A stretch of 32,095 nucleotides of DNA from Atractiella rhizophila (taxonomy: Eukaryota), in NCBI GenBank assembly GCA_021432655.1, contig MU271689.1:1-32095 (forward strand), read 5' to 3'. Positions within the stretch are counted from its first letter, which is position 1; every line of letters begins with the position of its first letter. Positions 1-10,390 of this stretch are shown in pieces. The notes beneath the pieces are model-generated. The model had not been told where the DNA came from, made no database searches, and was given only the letters and a program-made list of their open reading frames with translations. A program made the translations under genes and the position numbers.

Positions 1-625
1 GAGAGCTGACAGCGATAAGGGGTCCCGTAACTTGCCTGTACTCATGATATCGACGTTGGCGCTTCGATGAGCGAAAGACAAACAGGACTACACGGCAAAG
101 TGTGTTTGCAGGCCAGAAAATCCACCTGTGTTGGTCGTGAGATGTGGGTTCAGCTGGGCCCCACAAAACAAATGCACCGACAGTCGAAACGGACCTTCGG
201 AATCGGACTCCAAAAGTGAGTCCTGGAGGACTGAAAACAAATGCAGTTTGCCCGGAGTTGGTTAGAAGGTCTCCAGGTGCACAAAAAAAACATGCTCGCA
301 GTGGTCCGTCAAGCTAGGGAAGCCAGTGGCCAGCGGCAAGCAAGCGATTGGCACGCTTGTGTCCGCCGCGCTCGCTCTCCTCCCACAGCTGCAAGGGAGC
401 GAGCTCTTCTAATTCGTTCGCACATGCACCTCCGACGGTCATTAATGGAGACTATCACATTGCTCAATTAAGTTATATCATCCTACCACCATATCCTCCT
501 CTGCTCCACCTTCTTGCATGCCATATTCTGGTTCTGCTCTGTCTTGCTCTTCCAATGCATGCTCTCTTTCCTGAGCTAGCTTTTCGGTAAGCTGAGCCGT
601 ATAAAATGACTGAAATTTCTCTGTG

Positions 626-3600
626 TTAGTATATGGTAATTAGAATGTAATAAAGGAAATTTACTTTCAGCTTGCCCTTTGGTGCGGTCACTCCATAAAG
701 TGCCAGTATTGCTCGTAACTGAGGGATGGTAGGACTGCTGCAGTCAAATGTTGGATCTGTATAGTTGAGGCCAGAGATATCAATGCCGTCAACAAGAATT
801 TGTCCTCCTCCTGCTTGCAAGGATTTCCGTGCCTTTGAAAGTTTCATCTCTGCTTCCTTAAGCTGCTTGTATCGTTCCAGAGATTTGGTGATAACTTCTG
901 AACGGTTATCGAGGAGAAGAGGGTTGCAAAAAGGATCAGTCGTGTCACTGTTGCAAAAGGCATTTGTGTTGAGAATCCAGAGGTCTTTTGTGGTATTATG
1001 CTGATGTTCAATGATGGACTTTCTTTTGGTAGACAGTTGGCGCTCTTGACGAACCGCAGCTTCTCCAGTAGCTCCACACAGCATCAAATCACATGCATGT
1101 TGCACATTAATCGACACCTTGATCATATCCAGAGGCAACGGGAAGAGTTCAGCCGACATTGGAGCAAGAACTGGCATGTGGAAGTGGGAGTGCATAAATT
1201 CGACCATATGAGGATGTGCCAGGATGGAAAGCATTGTCCTAGGTCCGGTGGCAACTCCATCTCTTTGTTCGAGTTTCAGTATCTCCATGACCCTTGCAAT
1301 AATTGGATGTCCATTATCATCTAATGCCGTAGTTGTAACCCATGATCCAACTTGAATTGGCTCGTCCCTATTGACAATGACTGAAGAGACAAGCTGATGA
1401 GAGAATTGAGTAAAAGATGCCCCGTTGCCGCTCAAGCTGGTATTAAGGTGTGTACTGGAAGGGATCTGAGCAAGCTGTGTGTCCTTTGCTTTGACAGTCT
1501 GCTTTGATTGTGAAGCTACCTTGATCTCTCCAGTGCGATCTCTGGGTTCCAGAGTGTCCATATCAATTGCCAAACCCAATAGAAGACGAACTTTGAGGTT
1601 TCGAAATAGTCCACGTACACCATTCCCAGCTTGAACCCACTTTCCAGTTATTTTATCCTTCCAAAACCCTCCACTGAAGATATGTCGGACTCGACTATAA
1701 GCAGCAAAAGATCGGGCAATATCAAGGCTGGGGGCTTGTCGGTTTGAATGAATGGACATGCCACGAATGATTCCATTATAGCTTTCAAATTTTTCAGTTG
1801 CAAAGCTTGAAGCTGGTCCAAACCGGCGCACATGAAGAGGAAGGTGAAGCAGTAGATGAAATTTGCGCTTGTTGAACCACTGAGGTGATAAGAGAGCTGT
1901 CATATCCAGAAAATGATGGATTGCTGTCTCAAGCTCCATGCAGAACTGATTTATATTAAAAATTGATGGACGCCATAATAATCGAGACAAGCGACCAAGA
2001 GCAATCCAAGCATCCAGCTGAGGCTTTGAAAGGGGGTCATAAAGAGCAAATATCGCAAGTTGGGCAATTATCCTGAAGTCTGTACCGACCAAGCTCTGTG
2101 CGTATTGGACGAGAGTTTCTCCTCGAGGAGCTGCGCATCCGAGCCCATTTGGATCTGCTGCAGAAAGCCTCTTGCTAACAAGAATCTTCTGTCTTTCTGA
2201 TAAGCCACTGATGCTGTCTTGCCAGAAATATTTCACAAATCCAAGTAGAATACCATGAAGGATCTCAAATGGCGTATCCTGATGACAGTCAAATGCCTGA
2301 AGATCAAACAGGGGATTATAATGCCACTTTCTAGAAAGTTGATTCTCCTGAAGAGCCTTTAATCGTGTTTGAATATTGTCAGCTGAGGCATTAGCATCTT
2401 CCATAGATTCCGCTAGCTGAAGAAGTTCCTCTGCAAAATGGGAGACAATAGGATCTCTGACGCCTGACTTGCACTGTTCATTTATAACTCCAGTCTTGGA
2501 ACGGGGATTGGCTGCCAGAAGATGAATTTCCTGCGCTTTAGCCCTTGTCTCATTCATAGATCTTGCCTGACCAATTTTCATGAAGTTTGTAATTCCAGTT
2601 TCTGATAACTGATCTCCCTTCTTCTCTTCTCCAACCTTACAGACACGACAGAACTTGAGACTGACCCCTAGCGAGGGAGAGCAAGAGCAAGCTTCGGCCT
2701 GCATTGGATTATCCCCTTCAAAAACTATGACCATTGGGCGAAGTAACAGCTCTTCCCCGGAGATATCGTCATATGAAATGATCCCATTAGACCAATAATT
2801 GTTGAGTTGTTCAACAACACCTTCCAAAAGTTCGGTCGCGGAAACAAGATTTGATGTTCCGATAAAATGGATGTTGAACTCCTGTTGCTGAACCCGATGA
2901 GGAAGACCAGCAAGGGTCATAAGAGCTGAAATGTGCTTATTCCACCTCTTTGATACATTACCAGAGCTGTCATCGCAATAGAGAACTAATGGGACATTGA
3001 GCACCTTTCTTCCACAAGCCAAATCACGAAGAGGGTTGACGAGAGGAATATTAATAGAGTGGAGCTGGCCATCTTGCATCCTGTGAAGGATCGGAGCACT
3101 TGCATGAAAAGTTCCAGGTCTGGATAAGATGCTGGTGATATTGGCTTCAAATGTTGAAACTGGTACTTCCTTTTCTTCTTCCATAATTATCCAACCTCCA
3201 CTTCTATTGGGGTCAAGGTACAAGCCACGAGCATAAAGAGTTTTAGCGCTTCCTAGTAGAAACCAGCGAGAAGGCAGGAAATAGCTTCCATCCACCAGTT
3301 GAGCCGGCTCGTTAACAAAAAATAAGGATCCTCTGACGTGGATAGAAGGTGAAAGAAATTCGGCATCAAGTTCCTCTCTCCATTTTGATGACTGCCACAT
3401 CTCTTTAACCGTTTCACTGCTGTCTTCTGGGTAGAAATGAAGATGTTTTCACACGAGTGGATTGGCAACTTCCTGAGAGATAATTTTCCCAATGTCGTTT
3501 AAATGATAAATATTGCCTTTGTGGCTCGTATACTGAAAAGTTTGAGGACCGATATTGTCATTCTGAAACTGTTGGTGAAGTTTGTTCAACCGATCCTTTG

Positions 3601-4330
3601 AAGGTAATTGTGGAGGAGGAAGGCCTTTTGCAGAACACAGCTCTGGGATGATCCACCATAAAAGCTGACGGAGAGTCTCTGAGATGTGGCGTCGAGGAAG
3701 ATTCAATAGGAGATCGGCCAAAGCTTCTTCAAGTGTCCCATAAGGAAACCAATCATTGGCAGATACCTCTACCAGAAAGGATTCCAAATTCATATCAGGA
3801 TTACTGAACTTATTAGTTAAGTGGTCCTGAAGCCCAAGGATCTTCTCCATAAAAGCTCTATCACGTTCATCCTCAGTCTGCTCTGTCCAAAGTTCTTGCC
3901 ATGCCTGCTGAGCACACATCTCCTGATCTTGATCTTGATCAAATCCAAATTTGGGATCGGTATCTTGAGGAGGAACAGAAAATAGCATCTCTTGCATCAA
4001 TTGTTGTGTTGATGGCAATAGAGGATTGATCCAAATTTTCTGTGGGGCAGGTCGAGCATGAGAGCCACTAAGAGATGTCAGAAACGGGCCACCATCAATA
4101 GTCTGGTTTCCTGCTTCTGAAAACAAACGATTTGGGCAATAAACAGGCTCAAAAGAAAAGTCTGATGGCACCGTGGAAGGGTCTGGAGTAAGGTGGGAAG
4201 AGTTTGAAGCTGAGAGAAGCTGGACATTTTCTCGATGTTGTTTTGAGTTGGCATGTCGTAAACAAAGATGTCGTTCTTTATTCGCAAAGGCTACAGGGCA
4301 AATTGCACAATGAAATCGATTTCCTTTCAA
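626..4330 (-). CDS. CACTA/EnSpm-like DDE transposase (fungal DDxSGNxSKxWNKH type), interrupted by one in-frame TGA at 3449-3451
   Basis: ORFs 3449-4330 and 626-3400 are in the same frame and read EVANPLV*KHLHFYPEDSSETVKEMWQ. Motifs are YCDDSSGNVSKRWNKH, GDNPMQAE, CRVC, DTPFEILHGILLGFVKY and KFHLLLHLPLHVRRFGP..ATEKFESYN (CACTA-type). There is an N-terminal CxxC..HxxxxxH finger at 4235-4309. Probable introns lie at 621-664 (GTAAAT..CTAACACAG) and from 4453 (ATG at 4463). Confidence 0.85.
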
Positions 4331-4705
4331 TTGAAAATGGCTTCCGATCTATTCAAAGGTCTTAAATTGGCTCACTATAAACCAAAATCAGTGCTTTGAA
4401 CACCATGCCGCAATCCCCTCAAGATGGCCTGCCACTGAAACTGCAACACTTACCGGAAGCCATAGTGTTATGTGCTCAAACTCCTTCTTTATCTTCCCTT
4501 TACAAGTTCCACTCTGTGATCAGTCAATCACTGCCCTGGCCGTCAAATAAAAAACTGATCACTTTCGACCCAGCATTTTCCATCAGAGTTCAGACTAACA
4601 ATGACAACAACCACTCTTTCATCCCATCAATCACACACAACTCTCACACAATTTTACTTCAAACATCTCCCATTCAGCATCAGGTACAGATCCAGCACAG
4701 CATCA

Positions 4706-6568
4706 ATGACCAACCCTTTTACATTTCCATCCAACACTGCTCCATCTGCAAATCCCTGGTTGACAGGCGCTTCAATAAATTCCATTTCCTCCATACCATC
4801 AACATCTCAAGCGCAATCACCAGCCACTCCAAGTCCCAGCTCATCCACTTTCCAACACAATCCACGTGTACAAGAATTGCGAGGAACATTTGTGCGCCAG
4901 GCTGTCAGCAGTCTATCGCATCCACCTCTGCAAGTCCTTCTCCTGAAGCTTCGTCTCTTCCAGAATACAGCAGTGATAGAGGCTGTCCTGATGAAGAGTG
5001 AGCTGAATCACTTTCTTGACTCTTCCACAGTTGATGCCTATTGCCTCGCCATACAGCCTTCCAGTCGACTTTGCAACGTCCGCTCAGATGAACTCACCAA
5101 CCAACCATCCAAGTTCCTCAACTCATCCCAGCTCAACACCAGCTTCACCTTATCCCTCTAATCCTCAATCTCTTCCACCTCTTCCACCCTTTCCACCCTC
5201 ATTCACTCCTCCCCCCCTCTCCTTTTCACCTTCGAGTACTTTGCCTTCACACCTTAGCCACTTTGTTCTAAACAAGCCGGCTGTGCGCCCAGCAGACTAT
5301 GCTGCCCTCGAAAGATTCTCGGAGGTGAGTGTTACATTTGCAATAGACTGGGATTTGTTATGTGCTCTTTATGGGCAGAGAGCAATGGCCGGTTGTTTAC
5401 AACGTTGGCCTGGAGCTGCATGCAGCATTGCAACGAGAGATGTGGACCTTGCTGTTGCCAACACGTGTTGACGACATATGTGGGTCAGGCTGACGTGGTC
5501 CAGCGAGAAATGGCAAACCGGGTGATTTTGATTGAGCTGCGAAACCTCATTCAGGATGTTGTTGACATGCAAACCAACGGGTACAAAGTTTCAGACAACC
5601 TCTCAGTTCGCACTCTCTTTGCCAACCATGTACATCACTCACCAGGCCATCTAGACACAATTCTATGCCATGGCCCGTGCATACCTCTTAGATCCCAGCA
5701 CAGTGTCATTCAAAGCCGCTCACACAAAGCTGATGGGAAGTGATAGGTTTAAATTTACTTACATCTAACCAAACTTACATCTTGTTTAGGGTGTTATCAA
5801 GTCTCCCGGTTTTACTCACATCCCGACAGTTCTCAAGGACAATGCCACTGTCATGAAAGCAGTCTCGAAAGATGTGCAACGGCGCTGTACGAAAGCGCGC
5901 AATACAATTAAGACCGAAGTGAGCATGCCCTTTTTGGTTTCTGCTTTGTGGATAAAGAGATATTTCTGTCACAGATCAAGGAATCTATCGAAGAATTACA
6001 GCACATTGAGGACCTTACGACTCATCTACATCGGTTCCGACTAGGAACTTGTGCCAGAGGTGTTTCGCAGGCGGAAATGATGCTCGTATCGATGCTGGTA
6101 AGTTCGTTCTGCTTATCTCAGGTCCTTCGCTAACACTCCCGTATCCAGCGTCAGTTTGTTAAGTTGGACCTTGAGCTCGGAAGCCAAGGAAAGAAGGTCA
6201 CTGTCAAGGTGACGGCTTCGAAGAAGCGCAAGCGCATCGATCTCCTCGGCGAGCGTAACGACGACGATGAGGAGGAAAACTTGTCGCTGTGGGATGCTCT
6301 GGACAAGGAGCTCGCTGCAATGTCGAAGATGAAGCATGCAGATCGATTCACGTACGCTACAATTTCTGCCAGGGACCTACAGCTGATGTCAGTATTGGGG
6401 TATAGGAAAGCAAGCCAGGTTTATGCAGAAGACCTCATGCGATACCACAAGGCTCCAGAAAGCGATATCACAGACTCTCACCGAACTTACAATGCGTATT
6501 TCATAGCCGTTCTCCCTCAAATCCTTGCTTCGGGGAATGCGATACTCTCGAGAGGGCAAGGTTACTGA
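4706..6568 (+). CDS. Multi-exon transposon companion protein (TnpA-position gene), function unknown
   Basis: Ser/Pro-rich N-terminus followed by exons joined in frame by canonical introns, e.g. 5919-5974 (KTE|IKES) and 6098-6148 (SML|RQF, GCTAAC branch). It has a KKRKR NLS-like stretch and LWDALDKELAAM..VYAEDLMRY. It lies inside the TIRs, divergent from the transposase. The start codon and 5' introns are uncertain. Confidence 0.65.
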
Positions 6569-7084
6569 AATAAGAGCGAGAGTGACGCGAAAATGATCGT
6601 AGGCTGAGAGGACGGAAGGAGACTAGGCCATGGCGAGTGGTTGAGGTGTGTTAGGGGACTTAGCAAGGTTTTAATCCAGTGTTCAGGTACCACAGCCCCT
6701 TCAGTCTGTTTGCTTTTACGTTATTATTCCATTTTCATTGCAATTTAATATCTTCCTTCAATGTATTGTTGAGACTCAGGACGGTAGCATTGTAAGAGAT
6801 CCGGGAGGGGAGGGAGGGGAGAGGAAGAGGAAGAGGACTACAATGAGCCGGAGAGCCGCAAAGCCAATATGCCCGGCCTTCAGGACTCCTGAGGATGCAA
6901 CCCAGGGACTGATATTGGACTCCTCAGTGAATTGGGAACGTGCTACCTGGGCTGAACGTGCGTTTCGAGTTACTACATCCAACTCGATTTCGAGTCCCTC
7001 AAGATTGCGACGAGATCGACAAGGGGATTCTTCGCCCTGCAGTCCTGACAGAAGTTCCTGGGACTGCGCGCTCAACCTGCCGTG

Positions 7085-7614
7085 TATGATTGAGCGATCT
7101 GGCCGACTGAGATAGGCATCGCCCCTTTATAAGTCTCAGAAGACAGAATGAACAAAAAACCGTACAGGAAACCCAAACTGCCGCACGAGATGGTGTCACG
7201 AAGGAACCTTGCGAACCAAACAATCTTTGCAATACTGTATCACGATATCATGGCTTTGATTTTCCGGGCCGAATAGTACGAACGAGTCACTGATGTCGAG
7301 AATGAACAGGATGTACAGCTCGATGGCGATGACGATGTTCTGTTTCGTGTGCTTTTAGTTCCACCGTACTCATGCTGGAGAGTGAAACGCACTCGTGGAG
7401 TTGTGGAGATGATGCGGAAGCAACGGTAAAACTATGTTGTACGCAATGAATGTAGGCCGTTAAGAAGAATACACAGCAAACAACAACAACATACCTGAAG
7501 GACTCCTATCCCCCAAAGAACAAATGTGACAATCATAGATACAATGGTGGGAATTAGAATCTTTCCACAAAAGTTGTCTTCCAAGGAGTCAGGCGGCTGA
7601 GTTTCCATTTCCAT
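7085..7614 (-). pseudogene. Decayed integral membrane protein gene (DUF6534-like basidiomycete family), interrupted by the CACTA-like element
   Basis: GKILIPTIVSMIVTFVLWGIGVLQ|intron|FYRCF..|intron|KQNIVIAIELYILFILDISDSFVLF resembles the GxxxxQxyxYf..K..V..l..ld pattern. A hydrophobic frame (IIVLFVF) continues across the insertion site into 1-88. Confidence 0.4.
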
Positions 7615-7707
7615 CCTGGACTCCTCATCGATGTCTGGAATGGGAGGGCAGCTTACCTTTCCTTCTGCCCTGCTTTATGCTTGAAGCCTTGATATATTGT
7701 TGATATT

Positions 7708-7861
7708 CTGGATCAAGCCTACGCTGGATCAAACCTACACTGGATCAATTATGCTGGATCAAACGTCCGCTGGATCAAACGTACGCTGCCTCAATTTACG
7801 CTGGATCAAATGTTACGCTGGATCAAACATCGCACGGAACGCTGGATCAAACGGTCAATCC
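7708..7861 (+). repeat. Array of ~9 ACGCTGGATCAAA motifs at mostly 14-17 bp spacing
   Basis: Copies at about 7708, 7721, 7737, 7751, 7767, 7783 (degenerate), 7798, 7815 and 7839. The array ends CGGTCAATCC and is flanked by TGATAT at 7701 and 7862. Confidence 0.9.
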
Positions 7862-9029
7862 TGATATCTCCCGCCATCTCCCCGCGGGGTCAGAGCGACT
7901 CAATTCTGGCAGGTAGTCTCACGTCCGCTATCGGGCGTGGCTCGTAGATCTATCCCGACCAGCACATAATCAGCAGCTCATAAATATCAGCGCTATCACC
8001 TCGTCTGATGTTCGATGTTGAATCTCTGCTCTCCAGCTTGTTTATGTCATCGGCTTGCTGTCCTTCATGACCATCACGGCCGTAGTAGCTTCGTCAATCA
8101 ACCGGTCTCGAGTATGGTAGATTAGCACAGTTCCTCTTTCAGGGTTCCACAAGTTGGAATCGACGGTGGAACATCGCTTCCTTTTCGATGTATTTTCGAA
8201 AGCGTCACGTCCATCACATTCAGCTGGCCTCTCGAGAGCCGTACACCCCATTTCACGAATCGATACGGTTGTGGAAATGATGGTGGAATCAGAATCTTAT
8301 TGAGCTTTATCTGAGTGCTCGAACTTCTTCGTTCAGCACTTTCACAGTTTCTCGTCAGTCGCTCGAAAGGCAGCAGGAGACTCTCGAAGCGGCGAGGGAG
8401 GGACTTGTCTTCACAATTGGTGTGCGAAATCTTTGCCTTCGTACCAACTTCCGAACGGATGAACGCGAAAGGGAAACGCACCTTGGGAAGGGACAACTTT
8501 CATGCTAGCTTCTTCACATTTGTGCGGAAATAAGCTGTGGATAGCGGCACTCCCATTCCATGGTCAGTGAAACATTGAAAAACGCAACCCGTGACATAAA
8601 AGTCAATGATAGCATTTTATTCTAGAAGATGGGGACAGCGCAATCCGAAGACTAGTTGACTAGTTGGGACCGTTCAGTGCATACTATGTACGTCGATGTT
8701 GCTCGAAGAATAAAGAATCAGTGCATACTGAGCACTTCAATACTCGTCGGGAGAACCCCAAAATGTAGGGTAAATGGCAAAGGGCAGGAGGTATTTGCGG
8801 TGTGGAAGCAGTATATGGTGGGATGGGCAGAGAGGATAGACACTGGTGAGTGTTCTAAATGGAGAAAGTGAGAGGGGTTTGTTATGTCAGCTTCAAGCTT
8901 GGAAGAAGAAGTTTTCGGCCAGATTGCAGGCTTGGATCAAGCAAGAATGTATTTCCTTTCTCATCTTTTCTACCTGTGTGGATTCAGTGCTATTTGTTGC
9001 ATTGCGATCGTGCCCAGCACCTTACGACA

Positions 9030-10230
9030 TCTCAATTGAAGCGCAAAAAGGCGTCTTGATCTGAGAACTTGTTAAGCCAAGCTTCTCGGTGGCTTTCCAG
9101 AATGTTAGCGCGGTTTTGATCGCGAGAAGTTTCTGCCTCGAAGATGGGAGTGGCATGTGCCTGTCAAATGATGCGGCCGATGGGAAGCACCTCCACATCC
9201 CGAACTCGTTCACGATTGACGGAGACTTCAGCAATTTTGAGCTTCCACATCGTGTGGAAGGGTCAACATCATGTCCCACGAGGTTGAAATACTGTACAAA
9301 AGCGAGTTCGTGCTGCTGTCCCTCATACTCGAAAAGAAGAAGGACCTGTGCAAGGCGGAAATGACACTTGCTGTTGCCCGCTTCTAACGAATCACAACGC
9401 ATCATGCTGGATCCTGGCACATCTCGAGCGTACCAAGGGTCCTTAGCCCGAATAGAATACTTGATGAGTGGTTTCGCCTTTGTGAAAGCTGCAAGATTCC
9501 TCCAGACAGAGGTAACAGCTCCGAAACGCGTAATGGAACCCTGAAAATCGGGCAACTGGTCATCATGTTCGTAGCCGACATACTCTCCTGTTTCCAGTGA
9601 CTTTAGAAAGCGCCTTATGTGGTAGCGAAGGTAGAAGAGTTGTTCCTTCTCGATTGCTTGCAACACTGGCGTTGGGTATCCTTCCTCTATGCGGTTGAGA
9701 AGCAAAGCTTACCTAGAGTTTTGCCATGAAAACTCCTACTGTGCCTCCATAATTAATATGTCTCGCCCCCTCGAGGTCGAGCTGCCTCGCTTGGAAGTAA
9801 GCCAACATCTTCAAGACAGGCAGTTTTGAGTTGGAATGCATCTTGCAAGAAGTTTCGGTTCAAAATCTGGGTGCTGCGTTGTTCTTGTTCGTCCCTCTGA
9901 ATGGATCTTTGAGGTCAATGGAATGAAGACTTTCCGAGTACTCTGTGCTGACGAAAGTCACTGGTCCAACATTGACAATGTCGACGTTGTAATGATGCAA
10001 CGAATGAATTTTTGGAATGTTGCAAATTACGCTTTCCACATCTTCATGATTGCTTCATCAGACCTTACGAGTTCTTCACTCAGCACTGGAAGATCTGTCC
10101 ATCCTTGATTTCCTGGCATTTGTTCTTGTGTCAGACAAACTGCTTGTCCTGAGTTTCCCTCATGCTCTCGAGCTCCGCCTGCTTCTATGCATCCGTACTC
10201 GCGTATGATTTTTGGTTCAGATATCTCCTC
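9030..10230 (-). mobile_element. Plavaka transposase remnant (C-terminal half, frameshifted)
   Basis: NIPKIHSLHHYNVDIVNVGPVTFVSTEYSESLHSIDLKDPFRGTNK at about 9880-10022; IRAKDPWY..RCD..RLAQVLLLFEY..LAFVQYF; II*QAHATP; WLNKFSDQDAF. These match Plavaka consensus blocks. The upstream boundary is approximate. Confidence 0.75.
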
Positions 10231-10390
10231 CACCGTATTCCTCGCACTATTTAGCCTTTTGACTGGTTCTCCTGCTTGCTAATGGCGTCCACTGCAGATA
10301 TTATTTCTGAGAGTCTTCCCGCGTTCAACAAATCAGTACCAGCTGTCGTCTAATTACCATCGGCGCCATCTATCATCCCTTTTCAACGCG

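Larger units (their letters stand above)
91..7084 (-). mobile_element. Full-length CACTA/EnSpm-like (CMC superfamily) DNA transposon with two divergent genes, ~6994 bp
   Basis: Left end is TA|CACGGCAAAGTGTGTTTGCAGGCC (91). The reverse complement of the right end is TA|CACGGCAGGTTGAGCGCGCAGTCC (7084), giving an imperfect TIR with a TA duplication at 89-90 and 7085-7086. GGACT/AGTCC motifs recur near both ends. The left end is independently repeated at 25999. The element encodes a CACTA-like transposase. Confidence 0.8.

Noticed and set aside
241..590. Short + strand ORFs repeated at 26823-27220
   Set aside because: They lie in the transposon's subterminal region, their frames are not preserved between copies, and they have no motifs.
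3449..3451. Programmed A-to-I editing or selenocysteine recoding of the TGA
   Set aside because: The expected residue is Arg (CGA) and editing would give Trp. CpG decay is pervasive here and is a sufficient explanation.
6738..7115. Third gene within the transposon
   Set aside because: These overlapping ORFs have non-ATG starts, lie in the GGACT-rich subterminal region, and two of them cross the terminus.
7217..7234. CAAACAATCTTTGCAATA as the right TIR of the CACTA-like element
   Set aside because: The terminal bases mismatch. The site at 7084 gives a perfect CACGGCA core plus the TA duplication.
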